Source: Acidobacteriota bacterium
GTDB lineage: Bacteria > Acidobacteriota > Thermoanaerobaculia > Gp7-AA8
Direction of reading: 5' to 3'
DNA length: 64,000 bases
Assembly: GCA_019244185.1 (NCBI GenBank)
Contig: JAFATB010000002.1
Span: 64,001 to 128,000, forward strand
Both the position numbers and the translations under genes were made by a program. Of this stretch, positions 9,506 to 19,733 are shown piece after piece. Position 1 is the stretch's first letter. Each line of letters starts with the position of its first letter. Under the pieces are notes generated by a model. It did no database searches and was not told where the DNA came from. It saw nothing but the letters and a program-made list of their open reading frames with translations.

Positions 9506-11992
9506 TTAACTGGAGAGCGCCTCGTGCACCGTCTTCACCACCGTCATCGGATCGACCGGCTTCGGCAGGTGATAGTCGAAGCCGCCAGCGAGGATGCGGT
9601 CGCGGTCGGCGGGTGACGCGTACGCCGTGACGGCGATGGCGGGCAAGTGCTGCGACCCACGCTCTTCCGAACGGATGCGGAGCATGAGCGACATCCCGTC
9701 TTCGCCCGGCATGGCGATGTCGCTGACGACGACGTTCGGCTTCAGCGTCTCGAGCGACGCCACCGCCGCGGCGACGGAATCGACGGCTGTGACGCGCGCG
9801 CCGAAGCTCTGCAACGCCGCGCTGAGCATCAAGCGCGTATCGGTCTCGTCCTCGACGAGCAGCACCGAGACACCGTCGAGCTCGAGCGGCGAGCCGGCGA
9901 CTTCCACCGGCGCGGGTGAAGCCGCGCGCGCGGTCACCGGCAGCGTCAGCGTGAACGTCGCGCCGCATCCTTCGCCTTCGCTCTCCGCGATCACGCTGCC
10001 GCCGTGCAGCTCGACGATGCTCTTCACGATGGCGAGGCCGAGGCCGAGGCCGCCGTGCGCGCGCGAGCTGCCGCTGTCGGCTTGGCGGAAGCGCTCGAAG
10101 ATGTAGGGCAGGAACTTGCGCGGGATACCGTTGCCGGTGTCGCGCACGATGATTTGCACTTCGCCGCTTTCCGGCGCGTCGAGCCGCACCGCGACCGTGC
10201 CGCCGGACGGCGTGAACTTCACCGAATTCGAGAGCAGGTTCCACAGCACCTGCTGCAGCCGCGCGCCGTCCGCCACCGCGATGACCGGCGCCGTCGTGAG
10301 CGAGAGGTCGAGCTCGAGTTGTTTCGCGGCGAGACTCGGCCGCATCGCATCGATGGCCGCTTCGACGATCGCGCGCATGTCGACCGGTCCGACGTTGAGC
10401 TGCAGCTTGCCGGTGACGATGCGCGAGACGTCGAGGATGTCGTCGATGAGCTTCGCCTGCGCGCGCGTGCTGCGCTCGATCGTCTCGACCGCGAGCTGGA
10501 AATGCTCGGCCGCGAAATCGGTGCGCCGCAGCAGCGCGGCCCAGCCGAGCGTGGCCGTCATCGGCGTGCGGAGCTCGTGCGACAGCGTGACCAGGAACTC
10601 GTCCTTCGCGCGGTTCGCTTCCTGCGCCTGCCGGTACAAACGCGCGTTGTCGACGGCGTAGCCGGCGCGGCGACCGAGCTCGCAGGCGAGATCGAGATCG
10701 TCGTCATCGAAGCGGCGCTGCGGCTCGGAGGAGACGAGCGTGATCGCGCCGAGGCAGCGGCCGCCGGCGATGAGCGGTACGACCATGAACGACTCGGTGC
10801 CGAGCTCGCGCAGCGTGGCCACGACTTCCGGCCGGTCGGTGTACAGCGCCTCGGCGGCGGCGTAGTCGTATTCGCGAATGAGCCGCGGCTCGCGCGTGTC
10901 GATGACGTGGCGGATCAGACCCGAACGCTGCATCTGCGCGTCGTACGAGCGCATCTGCTCCATCGCCTCGCGCTTCGCCGGATCGTGGTGCAGGCCCGTA
11001 ACGCGCCGCACCTCGTTCTCGTCGATGACGTCGATCGTGCACCAGTCGGCGAGGTCCGGCACGACGAGCTGCGCGACGTGGCCGAGCGTGACCTCGTAGT
11101 CGAGCGACGACGACAGGATCGCGGAGACTTCGCTGAGGAACGCGTTGCGGCGCTCGGTCAGTTTCTGTTGCGTGATGTCGAGTGAGACGCCGCGCGTGAC
11201 CTCGAGGCCGTTCTCCAGTTTCTGCGCGAGCCGCACCTCGGACCACACGATGCGGCCGTCGCTGCGGCGCACGCGGTGATGGTGGATCTGCGGCTGCGCG
11301 GCGGAGACGAGGACGTCTTCCAGAAGAATGTCCGTCGTGAAATAAGGATTCGCGTACCACGCCGCCGGGCTGTAGCCGAGGAGCGATTCGATCTGCTCGC
11401 TGACGAAAGTGACGGTGTGGTCGCCTTCAGGTGGGCGCACCGACTCCCACACGACGCCGGGGATGTTTGCGACGAGCGTGTTCAGGCGATCGCGTTCGAG
11501 CGCGAGCGCGGCTTCCACGCGGACGCGCGCGACGCCGAATGCGATCTGTCCCGCGATCGTCTGCGCGAGCTCGATCTCGTTGTCGTCGCACGCGTGCGGC
11601 TCGGCGTAGTACAGCATGAACTTCCCGATGACGCCGCCGCGATACACCAGCGGAAAGAAGCCGAGCGCGCGAATCCCTTCAGATGCGAAGACGGGTTCGT
11701 AGCCGGCGAGCGAGGCGTCCGTCGTCACGTCCGCGACGCAGATCGGCCGCGCGTTTTCCGAACGCGGCGTCCACGGCGTGTGGCCGTTCACGGCGCGGCG
11801 GTAGTCGTCGGAGAGGCCACGCCACGCGACGAAGCTCATCACCTCGTGCTCGTCGAAGAGAAGCACGGACGCGCGCGCGACGGCGAGGGCTTCCTGCAGT
11901 GCGTCGAGCGCGGCGTCGTAGACTGCTTCCAGCGTCGTTGCACGGCTCAGGGCGTCGGTGAGATGTGCAACCGCGGAGAGACCGGTGGCCAT
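9506..11992 (-). CDS. hybrid sensor histidine kinase (GAF-PAS-GAF-HisKA-HATPase-REC)
   Basis: SHELRTP, NLLSNSVKFT, GGLGLGL, LVEDE/SDIAMP receiver. Confidence 0.92.
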   Translation of the reverse strand: MATGLSAVAHLTDALSRATTLEAVYDAALDALQEALAVARASVLLFDEHEVMSFVAWRGLSDDYRRAVNGHTPWTPRSENARPICVADVTTDASLAGYEPVFASEGIRALGFFPLVYRGGVIGKFMLYYAEPHACDDNEIELAQTIAGQIAFGVARVRVEAALALERDRLNTLVANIPGVVWESVRPPEGDHTVTFVSEQIESLLGYSPAAWYANPYFTTDILLEDVLVSAAQPQIHHHRVRRSDGRIVWSEVRLAQKLENGLEVTRGVSLDITQQKLTERRNAFLSEVSAILSSSLDYEVTLGHVAQLVVPDLADWCTIDVIDENEVRRVTGLHHDPAKREAMEQMRSYDAQMQRSGLIRHVIDTREPRLIREYDYAAAEALYTDRPEVVATLRELGTESFMVVPLIAGGRCLGAITLVSSEPQRRFDDDDLDLACELGRRAGYAVDNARLYRQAQEANRAKDEFLVTLSHELRTPMTATLGWAALLRRTDFAAEHFQLAVETIERSTRAQAKLIDDILDVSRIVTGKLQLNVGPVDMRAIVEAAIDAMRPSLAAKQLELDLSLTTAPVIAVADGARLQQVLWNLLSNSVKFTPSGGTVAVRLDAPESGEVQIIVRDTGNGIPRKFLPYIFERFRQADSGSSRAHGGLGLGLAIVKSIVELHGGSVIAESEGEGCGATFTLTLPVTARAASPAPVEVAGSPLELDGVSVLLVEDETDTRLMLSAALQSFGARVTAVDSVAAAVASLETLKPNVVVSDIAMPGEDGMSLMLRIRSEERGSQHLPAIAVTAYASPADRDRILAGGFDYHLPKPVDPMTVVKTVHEALSS

Positions 11993-12067
11993 GGGGACGT
12001 CGATTGTACGCCGCGCGACAACGTTGCTACACTGCGCCGTCCTAATCTGACCCGCCACGAGTCGCCT

Positions 12068-13075
12068 TTGAATTCATCCTCGCAAATCGTTCTCAGCGGC
12101 CTTCGCCCCACGGGGCGCGTCCACCTCGGCAACTACTTCGGCGCGGTGCGCAACTGGGTCGAACTGCAGGACCGCTATCGCTGCTACTACTTCGTCGCCG
12201 ACTGGCACGCGCTGACGTCCGATTACGCCGATCCGTCGAAAGTGCGGCAGGCGACGTTCGACGCCGTCGCCGACTATCTCGCCGCCGGTATGGATCCGGA
12301 GAAGGCGACGGTCTTCCTGCAGTCGGATGTGAAAGAGCACGCGGAGCTCCATCTGCTGCTCTCGATGGTCACGCCGCTGCCGTGGCTCGAGCGCGTGCCG
12401 ACGTTCAAGGATCAGCAGGCGCAGCTCGAGGACAAAGATCTCAACACCTACGGCTTCCTCGGATATCCGCTGCTGCAGACCGCCGACATCATTCTCTATC
12501 GCGCGGCGTACGTGCCGGTGGGTGAGGACCAGGCCTCGCATCTCGAGCTCTCGCGCGAGATCGTGCGGCGCTTCAACAACTTCTACGGTCCGGTCTTCCC
12601 CGAGCCGCAGCCGCTCTTCACCGCGACGCCGAAGGTGCCGGGGCTCGACGGGCGGAAGATGTCGAAGTCGTACGGCAACACCATCGGCCTCACCGCGAGC
12701 GCCGACGAGATCCGCGCGCTCGTCTCGACGATGTTCACCGATCCCAATCGCGTGCGCCGCAGCGATCCGGGCAATCCCGACATCTGCAACCTCTTCCAGT
12801 TCCACAAGCTCTTCTCGGACGACGCGACCATCGCGCGCGTCGATCACGAGTGCCGCACCGCGCAGATCGGCTGCGTGCAGGACAAGCGGCTGCTCGCCGA
12901 CATCATCATCGAGAAGCTGCGGCCGATCCGCGAGCGCCGCGAGGAGATCGACCGCAATCCGTCCATCGTGTGGGATACGCTGCGCGAAGGTGGGAAGCGG
13001 GCGCGCGAGCGCGCGGGCGAGACCATGGCCAGCGTGCGCGACGCGATGAAGATCGGATTCCCCGAGCTGCGATGA
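12068..13075 (+). CDS. trpS: tryptophanyl-tRNA synthetase
   Basis: SGLRPTG.VHLGNY, VPVGEDQ, KMSKS; start codon uncertain. Confidence 0.95.
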   Translation: MNSSSQIVLSGLRPTGRVHLGNYFGAVRNWVELQDRYRCYYFVADWHALTSDYADPSKVRQATFDAVADYLAAGMDPEKATVFLQSDVKEHAELHLLLSMVTPLPWLERVPTFKDQQAQLEDKDLNTYGFLGYPLLQTADIILYRAAYVPVGEDQASHLELSREIVRRFNNFYGPVFPEPQPLFTATPKVPGLDGRKMSKSYGNTIGLTASADEIRALVSTMFTDPNRVRRSDPGNPDICNLFQFHKLFSDDATIARVDHECRTAQIGCVQDKRLLADIIIEKLRPIRERREEIDRNPSIVWDTLREGGKRARERAGETMASVRDAMKIGFPELR

Positions 13076-13899
13076 GCGACGAAGAACGCCAGGAGAACGC
13101 CGCGGCGGCGGCCGCGCCGCCGTTCGACGACGAGCCGGAGGCGAGCGCGTATCAAATCACGCTGCCCGCGTTCCGCGGTCCGCTCGATCTCCTGCTGCAC
13201 CTCATCCGCAAGCACGAAGTCGACATCTACGACATCCCCATCGTCCTCATCACCAATCAGTACAACGCGTACCTCGACGCGATGACCGAGCTCGATCTCG
13301 ACATCGCCGCCGACTACATCTACATGGCCTCGCTGCTCATCAACATCAAGTCGCGCATGCTGCTGCCGCGCGACGAGACGGCGGACGAGCAGGGCGAGGA
13401 TCCGCGCAAGGAGCTCGTCGACCGCCTGGTCGAATACCAGCGTTTCAAGGCTGTCGCGGAGACGTTCGCGGAGCTCGACGTCGTGCGCATGGGCGTGTGG
13501 CCGCGGCCGCGCGTGCCGTTGCCCGGCGCGAACGAGCCGACGGAGCTCGATATGAGCGAGGTCGGCCTGTTCGATCTCATCGACGCGTTCCGCGGCGCGC
13601 TCGTGCGCTACCGCCAGAACCATCCGCAGTCGATCGAGCTGCAGCGTATCGTGCACAAGGTCTCGGAAAAGATGACCGAGCTGTACGTGAAGGTTCGCGA
13701 GAAGTCGCCGCTGCGCCTGCAGTGGTTTCTCGAAGGACGCGACCGCAACGAGCTGATCGCCGTCTTTCTGGCCACGCTCGAGCTCGTGCGCCTCGGCGGC
13801 ATCTCGCTGCGCCAGAGCGACACCTTCGGTGAGATTCTCGTCGCGGCGACGGAGACCGAGATCGACGCTGCGACGTTTGCGTTGTTCGACAACAGTTAG
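13072..13899 (+). CDS. scpA: segregation and condensation protein A
   Basis: FRGPLDLLLHLI, KSRMLLP, FLATLEL. Confidence 0.93.
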   Translation: MSDEERQENAAAAAAPPFDDEPEASAYQITLPAFRGPLDLLLHLIRKHEVDIYDIPIVLITNQYNAYLDAMTELDLDIAADYIYMASLLINIKSRMLLPRDETADEQGEDPRKELVDRLVEYQRFKAVAETFAELDVVRMGVWPRPRVPLPGANEPTELDMSEVGLFDLIDAFRGALVRYRQNHPQSIELQRIVHKVSEKMTELYVKVREKSPLRLQWFLEGRDRNELIAVFLATLELVRLGGISLRQSDTFGEILVAATETEIDAATFALFDNS

Positions 13900-13916
13900 T
13901 GAACGGAAATTTACGA

Positions 13917-14726
13917 ATGCCGATGGAACCCAGTGAGCTTCGCGCGGCCCTCGAGGCCATCCTCTTCGTCAGCAGCGATCCGGTGAAGGTCGACGACCTC
14001 GCCGAGTCGTTCGCGGATGAAGGGAAGGACGCCATCGCCGCGCAGCTCGACGAGATCCGCCGCGCGCTCGAGGAGCACGCCGGCGGCTTCATGCTCGAAC
14101 AGACCGCCGGCGGCTGGCGTCTGGCCACGCGCGCCGAGCACGACGTCGTGCTGCGCAAGTACTTCGCGAAGAAAGGCGAGAACCGGATGTCGATCGCCGC
14201 GCTGGAGACGCTGGCCATCGTCGCGTACCGGCAGCCGATCACCGCGCCGGAAGTCTCGGACATCCGCGGCGTCAACTCGACCGGCGTGCTGCGCACGCTG
14301 CTCGAGCGCCGCATGATCCGTGTCTCGGGACGCAAGAACGTCGTCGGCAGTCCGTTCCTCTATCGCACGACGAAAGAGTTCCTCGTGCACTTCGGCCTCA
14401 ACGACATCCGCGATCTGCCGGCGCTCGAGGAGTTCGGCGATCTGATCGGCGAGAACATCAACGACGATCTCGTCGCCGCGATCCACAACGCCGAGCTCGC
14501 GCCCGCGCCGGTTGAGGAAATGAGCGAAGAGGTCAGCGAAGAAGCGACGGAAGTCGCGGACGAGAATGCAGGCGAGGAGCATGCAGTCGTCGCGGAAGTG
14601 AGCGACGAATCGCGCGCGAACGGTGAGAACGAGTCGGGCAACGACGACAGCAACAGCGACAACACGAGCGTCGCACCCGAGGAAGTTCAGTTAGAATCGA
14701 GCGCCAGCGATCCAGTAGAAGAGTGA
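13917..14726 (+). CDS. scpB: SMC-Scp complex subunit ScpB with acidic tail
   Basis: LEAILF, ALETLAIVAYRQPIT, IRGVNS, TTKEFLVHFGL. Confidence 0.95.
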   Translation: MPMEPSELRAALEAILFVSSDPVKVDDLAESFADEGKDAIAAQLDEIRRALEEHAGGFMLEQTAGGWRLATRAEHDVVLRKYFAKKGENRMSIAALETLAIVAYRQPITAPEVSDIRGVNSTGVLRTLLERRMIRVSGRKNVVGSPFLYRTTKEFLVHFGLNDIRDLPALEEFGDLIGENINDDLVAAIHNAELAPAPVEEMSEEVSEEATEVADENAGEEHAVVAEVSDESRANGENESGNDDSNSDNTSVAPEEVQLESSASDPVEE

Positions 14727-15736
14727 TGGAACTCGAGCGACTGCAAAAGATCATCGCGCATGCCGGCTTCGCCTCGCGCAGGGAAGCGGAAACGATGATC
14801 CGGGAGGGGCGGGTCACGGTGAACGGCCGCGTCGTCACCGAGCTCGGAAGCCGCGCCGACGCCGCGCACGATCACATCAAAGTCGACGGGAAGCTCATCA
14901 CCCGCGCCGAGACGCATCGCTACATCCTGCTCTACAAGCCGCGCGAGGTGATGTCGACCGTCACCGATCCGGAAGGCCGCAAGACCGCGGTCGATCTCGT
15001 CAAAGGCGTCCGCGAGCGCATCTATCCGGTCGGACGTCTCGATTATCAATCCGAGGGCTTGCTGCTGCTGACGAATGACGGCGACCTCGCGTACAAGGTC
15101 TCGCATCCGAAGCACGGCAGCGTGAAGACCTATCACGTGAAAGTGCGCGGCGTGCCCGACGAGCGCATCATCGGCAAGCTCGAACGCGGCATCACCATCG
15201 AAGGCAAGCGCACCGTCCCGTGCGAGATCGCGCGGATGAAGACGACGGGACGCGGCGAGGACGAAGGCAACAGCTGGTACGAAGTGAAGCTGCGCGAAGG
15301 GCGCAACCAGCAGATCCGCAAGATGTTCAAAGCGGTCGGCCATCCCGTGTCGAAGCTGCGCCGCGTGGCCATCGGACCGATCGCCGATCCGAAGCTCGCC
15401 GCGGGCGACTGGCGCGAGCTCACGAAGTCCGAAGTGAAGATGCTCGCCACGATGCAGGAGATGCCGAAGCCGAAGCCGCGCCGCACGGCCGCGCATCCAT
15501 CGAAGAAGAAGACCACGGCGCCGGCGAAGCGCGGCGCGAGCCCGCGCGCGAAGACGCACGCCACCGCGCGACCCGCAGCCGGCGCATCGCGCGGCAAGAG
15601 CGCGAAGCCCGCGCACAAATCCGCCGCGCACAAGTCCGCGCAGCCCGCCGGTCGGATGCCCGTTCGCAAATCCAGCTCGCGAAAATCCGGCGGCGGACGC
15701 GGCACGGCCGCGCCGGCGCGTCGCGAGCGCGGATAG
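14726..15736 (+). CDS. rluB: 23S rRNA pseudouridine synthase B (S4 + RsuA domain, basic tail)
   Basis: ERLQKIIAHAG.ASRREAE, VGRLD, EGRNQQIRKM. Confidence 0.9.
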   Translation: MELERLQKIIAHAGFASRREAETMIREGRVTVNGRVVTELGSRADAAHDHIKVDGKLITRAETHRYILLYKPREVMSTVTDPEGRKTAVDLVKGVRERIYPVGRLDYQSEGLLLLTNDGDLAYKVSHPKHGSVKTYHVKVRGVPDERIIGKLERGITIEGKRTVPCEIARMKTTGRGEDEGNSWYEVKLREGRNQQIRKMFKAVGHPVSKLRRVAIGPIADPKLAAGDWRELTKSEVKMLATMQEMPKPKPRRTAAHPSKKKTTAPAKRGASPRAKTHATARPAAGASRGKSAKPAHKSAAHKSAQPAGRMPVRKSSSRKSGGGRGTAAPARRERG

Positions 15737-15742
15737 ACGCCG

Positions 15743-16432
15743 ATGGCGCCGCTCGACATGACGCCGCCGCTGATTGTCGCCATCGACGGCCCCTCCGGCG
15801 TCGGCAAAACCACCACCAGCAAGCGCGTCGCGCACGATCTGCAACTGCCGCACATCGACACCGGCGCGATGTACCGCGCCATCGGACTCGCCGCCGTGCG
15901 CCGCGGCATCAGCGTGCACGACGCGGACGCGCTCGAGCGCCTTACCGCGCAGACCACCATCGACTTCGTTCCCGGCGAGCCGCCGCACATCCTGCTCGAC
16001 GGCGAAGACGTCACGAGTCTCATCCGCACGCCGGAGATCAGCATGGCCGCGAGCCACGTCTCCGCCGTTCCCGCGGTGCGCCGCGCGCTCGTGCGCTTGC
16101 AGCAGGAACTCGGGCGCCGCAACGGCGGCGTGCTCGAAGGGCGCGACATCGGCACGAAAGTGTTTCCGGAGACGCCGCACAAATTCTTTCTGACGGCGCG
16201 TCCCGAAGTGCGCGCGCAGCGGCGCTACAAAGAGCTGATCGCGAAAAACCAGCCGGCCGATTACGACACTGTGCTCGCCGAGGCGGTGCAGCGCGACCGT
16301 CAGGACTCCACGCGGGCCGACTCGCCGCTCACCTTCGACGACAGTTATACGGTCATCGATACATCGGACCTCACAATGGACGAGGTGATCGCCCGCATTG
16401 TGGATCGTGTCCGTTGTTCCATCCTTCCTTGA
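15743..16432 (+). CDS. cmk: cytidylate kinase
   Basis: IDGPSGVGKTT, DTGAMYR, EGRDIGT. Confidence 0.95.
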   Translation: MAPLDMTPPLIVAIDGPSGVGKTTTSKRVAHDLQLPHIDTGAMYRAIGLAAVRRGISVHDADALERLTAQTTIDFVPGEPPHILLDGEDVTSLIRTPEISMAASHVSAVPAVRRALVRLQQELGRRNGGVLEGRDIGTKVFPETPHKFFLTARPEVRAQRRYKELIAKNQPADYDTVLAEAVQRDRQDSTRADSPLTFDDSYTVIDTSDLTMDEVIARIVDRVRCSILP

Positions 16433-16457
16433 CGTACCTAAGTAGCGCCGCTAAACT
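16429..16457 (+). promoter_or_regulatory. sigma70-type promoter for rpsA
   Basis: TTGACG-N17-TAAACT. Confidence 0.65.
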
Positions 16458-16552
16458 GCCGGTTCTCGGCGTGTATCAACAACTTAGCTGCTTTTGGTCC
16501 GCGCCGCGCCCGGTCCTTGCGACCGAAGATTGCGTAGGGGGTTCCCCAGTAC

Positions 16553-18277
16553 ATGGCGTCCAATGACGATCCGAAGAAACCGAACCAGCCGCGTCAGGCG
16601 GACACCAACCTGGAGAACCTCGGAATGGACGAGCTGCTCAATCTCTATGAGCGGCCCACACTCTCCGAAGGCGGCATCATCCGCGGCCGTGTCATCAAGG
16701 TCACGCCGTCCGACGTCGTCGTCGACATCGGCTACAAATCCGAAGGCCTGCTGCCTGTAGGCGAGGTCACGGGCTACGACGGCCAGGTGCGCGTCAAGCG
16801 CGGCGACGAGATCGAGGTCTACATCGAGCGCCTCGAAGACGCGTCGGGCTACGTCGCACTGTCGCGCGAGAAAGCGGCGCGCATGCGCGTCTGGGACGAT
16901 ATCGAGGCCGCGTACAAAGCCGATCAACCGATCAACGGCCGCGTCATCGACCGCGTCAAAGGCGGACTGCAGGTCGACGTCGGCGGCGTGAAGGCGTTCC
17001 TCCCGGGCTCGCTCATCGACACGAAGCCGGTCAAGAACCTCGACGCCATGCGCGGCCACGAGATGAACTTCAAGATCGTCTCGTTCGACAAGAAGCGCAG
17101 CAACGTCGTGCTGTCGCGCCGCGCCATCGTCGAGGTCGAGCAGGCCGCGGCGAAGAACGCCACGTTCGGCCGCCTCAAGGAAGGCGAGCTGACGCACGGC
17201 GTGGTGAAGAACATCACCGACTACGGCGTCTTCGTCGACCTCGGCGGCGTCGACGGCCTGCTGCACATCACCGACATCTCCTGGGGCCGCGTCACGCATC
17301 CGTCCGAATACTTCAACGTCGGCGACGAGATCGAAGTGGTCGTGCTGAAATTCGATCCCTCCGCGGAACGCGTCTCCCTCGGCTACAAACAGAAGTCGCC
17401 CGATCCGTGGTCCGACGTCGCCGACCGCTATCCGCTCGGCAGCCGCGTCAAAGGCCGCGTGGTCTCGCTCACCGATTACGGCGCGTTCATCGAGCTCGAG
17501 GAAGGCGTCGAAGGTCTCATCCACGTCAGCGAGATGTCGTGGACGAAGAAGATCCGCCATCCGGCCAAGATGCTCAACATCGGCGACGAGGTCGAGGCGG
17601 TCGTCTCTGACGTCAACGTCCCGAATCGCCGCATCTCGCTCTCGCTGAAAGCGCTCGAGCAGAACCCGTGGGACACGATCTCGGAGCGCTATCCGGTCGG
17701 CACCGTGATCGAGGGCCGCGTCCGGAACCTCACCGACTTCGGCGCGTTCGTCGAAGTGGAAGAGGGGATCGACGGCCTGATTCACATCTCCGACATGGCC
17801 TGGCACCGCCGCCTCAAGCATCCGAGCGAGGTGCTGAAGAAGGGCGACGTCGTGAAGGCGCGCGTCATCAATGTTGACGGCGACAATCAACGTTTGTCTC
17901 TTTCCGTGCGCGAGTTCCTCCCGAACGAATGGGACAACTACGCGCGCGAGCACAACCTCGGCGACGAGGTCATCGGCGTGGTCTCGAAGATCACTGACTT
18001 CGGTCTCTTCATCCGCCTCGCCGACGGCGTGGAAGGTCTCGCGCACGTCTCCGAGGTGCAGCGCGACAGCCGGCAGAAACTCGATAAGACATTTCATCCC
18101 GGCGAGGTGATGCGCGCGCGCATCATCAAGATCGACTCGAACGAGCGGAAGATCGGCCTCACCACGCGCGACGTCGAGCCGCTCACCGACGAGGAGCGCG
18201 AGCACTACGCGGCCGAGGCCGGCGCACATCACGACCACGCCGCGGCGGAAGGTCCGATCGAAGATCCGCAGAGCTGA
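16553..18277 (+). CDS. rpsA: 30S ribosomal protein S1
   Basis: six S1 repeats (DYGVFVDLGGVDGLLHITD etc.). Confidence 0.97.
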   Translation: MASNDDPKKPNQPRQADTNLENLGMDELLNLYERPTLSEGGIIRGRVIKVTPSDVVVDIGYKSEGLLPVGEVTGYDGQVRVKRGDEIEVYIERLEDASGYVALSREKAARMRVWDDIEAAYKADQPINGRVIDRVKGGLQVDVGGVKAFLPGSLIDTKPVKNLDAMRGHEMNFKIVSFDKKRSNVVLSRRAIVEVEQAAAKNATFGRLKEGELTHGVVKNITDYGVFVDLGGVDGLLHITDISWGRVTHPSEYFNVGDEIEVVVLKFDPSAERVSLGYKQKSPDPWSDVADRYPLGSRVKGRVVSLTDYGAFIELEEGVEGLIHVSEMSWTKKIRHPAKMLNIGDEVEAVVSDVNVPNRRISLSLKALEQNPWDTISERYPVGTVIEGRVRNLTDFGAFVEVEEGIDGLIHISDMAWHRRLKHPSEVLKKGDVVKARVINVDGDNQRLSLSVREFLPNEWDNYAREHNLGDEVIGVVSKITDFGLFIRLADGVEGLAHVSEVQRDSRQKLDKTFHPGEVMRARIIKIDSNERKIGLTTRDVEPLTDEEREHYAAEAGAHHDHAAAEGPIEDPQS

Positions 18278-18280
18278 CGC

Positions 18281-19321
18281 ATGACGGAGCTCGAGTCCTC
18301 GCAGCCGAACCCGGAGCCGCCCGCGCCCGAGCCGGCACAGCCCTCCGCGGCCTCGCAGAGCGCAACCGCGGCCAGCGCCGCGCCGCCGCAACCGCCGTGG
18401 CTCGCGCCGCCGCCGCCGCGCAAATCGCGCAAAGGCGTGTTCTTCTTCGGCGCGCTGAGCGGCTGCCTCTTCGCGTTCTTCGGCCTCGCGCTGCTGATCG
18501 CGCTCGGCGCGGCGTACGGCAGCGATTCCGGCGAGATGTCGATCGGCAACGACAAGATCGCCATCATCCCGATCGAAGGGGAGATCGTCGACGCGCGCGA
18601 CACGCTCGACGCGCTGCACAAGTACGCGAAGACGAGCTCCGTGCGCGGCATGGTCGTGCGCATCAACAGCCCCGGCGGCGCCATCGCGCCGTCGCAGGAG
18701 ATCTACTCCGCGATCCGCCGCGTGCATCTCGACACCGGCAAGCCGATCGTCGCCTCGCTCGACAGCGTGGCCGCGTCCGGCGGTTTCTACATCGCCTCCG
18801 CGTGCGACGAGATCGTCGCCAACCCCGGCTCGATCACCGGCTCCATCGGCGTGATCATGCAGTGGTTCGACATGAAGGACCTCGTACAGTGGGCGAAGCT
18901 CAAGCCCGAGACGATCACCAGCGGGCCGCTCAAAGATGCCGGCTCGCCGTACCGCGAGATGACCGACGCCGAGCGGCAGTATTTTCAGCACATCGTCACG
19001 GACCTGCGCGAGCAGTTCGTGCGCGACGTCGCGAATGGACGCAGACAGAAGATGAAGTACGCCGACGTGGACCGCATCGCCGACGGCCGCGTCTTCACCG
19101 GCGAGGAAGCGCTCCGCCTCAAGCTCGTCGATCGCCTCGGCACGATCGACGACGCCGTCGAAACCGCCGGCAAGCTCGCCGGCATCCACGGCGAGCCGGC
19201 GAAGATCTGGCCGCGCCGCAGGCAGGCCTCGCTCGTCGATCTCCTCAGCGGCGGCGACGCCGAGAGCATGATCGAGCGCGTCGTCAGCCGCAGGCTGCCG
19301 AAGTTTCTCTACAGGTGGTAA
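18281..19321 (+). CDS. sppA: signal peptide peptidase SppA (36K type, S49)
   Basis: RINSPGG, AASGGFYIA, GSIGV. Confidence 0.93.
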   Translation: MTELESSQPNPEPPAPEPAQPSAASQSATAASAAPPQPPWLAPPPPRKSRKGVFFFGALSGCLFAFFGLALLIALGAAYGSDSGEMSIGNDKIAIIPIEGEIVDARDTLDALHKYAKTSSVRGMVVRINSPGGAIAPSQEIYSAIRRVHLDTGKPIVASLDSVAASGGFYIASACDEIVANPGSITGSIGVIMQWFDMKDLVQWAKLKPETITSGPLKDAGSPYREMTDAERQYFQHIVTDLREQFVRDVANGRRQKMKYADVDRIADGRVFTGEEALRLKLVDRLGTIDDAVETAGKLAGIHGEPAKIWPRRRQASLVDLLSGGDAESMIERVVSRRLPKFLYRW

Positions 19322-19332
19322 GGGAGGCACAC

Positions 19333-19728
19333 TTGGACGAACAGCTTGATGATCTCGATCTCGACGAACAGGATCAGGACGATGCCGAGGACGACGGAGC
19401 GCCGGGCGCCGGCGTGATGACGAAGGCCGAGCTCGTCGACGAGGTCGCGCGCGTCGTGCAGCTCACCAAGAAACAGGCCGAGACGATCGTCAACATCGTC
19501 TTCGACTCCATCGTCGACTCCCTCCGCTCCGGCCAGAAGATCGAACTCCGCGGCTTCGGCAGCTTCCGCCTCCGCAGCCGCAAGTCGCGCACCGGCCGCA
19601 ATCCCAAGACCGGCGAGAAAGTGGAAGTGCCGTCCAAGAAGATCCCGTACTTCAAGCCGGGCAAAGAGCTGAAGGAACTGATCAACAAAGCGCTGGGTGA
19701 GGGCGGGGGCAGCGCGGTTGGCGAGTAA
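19333..19728 (+). CDS. ihfB: integration host factor beta/HU family protein with probable acidic N-terminal extension (core from ATG 19417)
   Basis: MTKAELV..IELRGFGSF..GRNPKTG..FKPGKEL; AGGGAGG SD before TTG 19333. Confidence 0.9.
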   Translation: MDEQLDDLDLDEQDQDDAEDDGAPGAGVMTKAELVDEVARVVQLTKKQAETIVNIVFDSIVDSLRSGQKIELRGFGSFRLRSRKSRTGRNPKTGEKVEVPSKKIPYFKPGKELKELINKALGEGGGSAVGE

Positions 19729-19733
19729 AAAGA

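Noticed and set aside
15131-15144. parS-like TATCACGTGAAAG inside rluB
   Set aside because: Only a partial match to TGTTTCACGTGAAACA and explained by coding sequence.
14480-15736. Acidic ScpB tail next to basic RluB tail
   Set aside because: Low-complexity tails are common in both families; no evidence of a link.
16484-19330. 948-aa antisense ORF and many similar long shadow ORFs (e.g. 36034-38046, 37791-40274, 45213-47282)
   Set aside because: They overlap well-identified genes, have Arg/Ala-rich or motif-less translations, and are expected from high GC3 codon bias.
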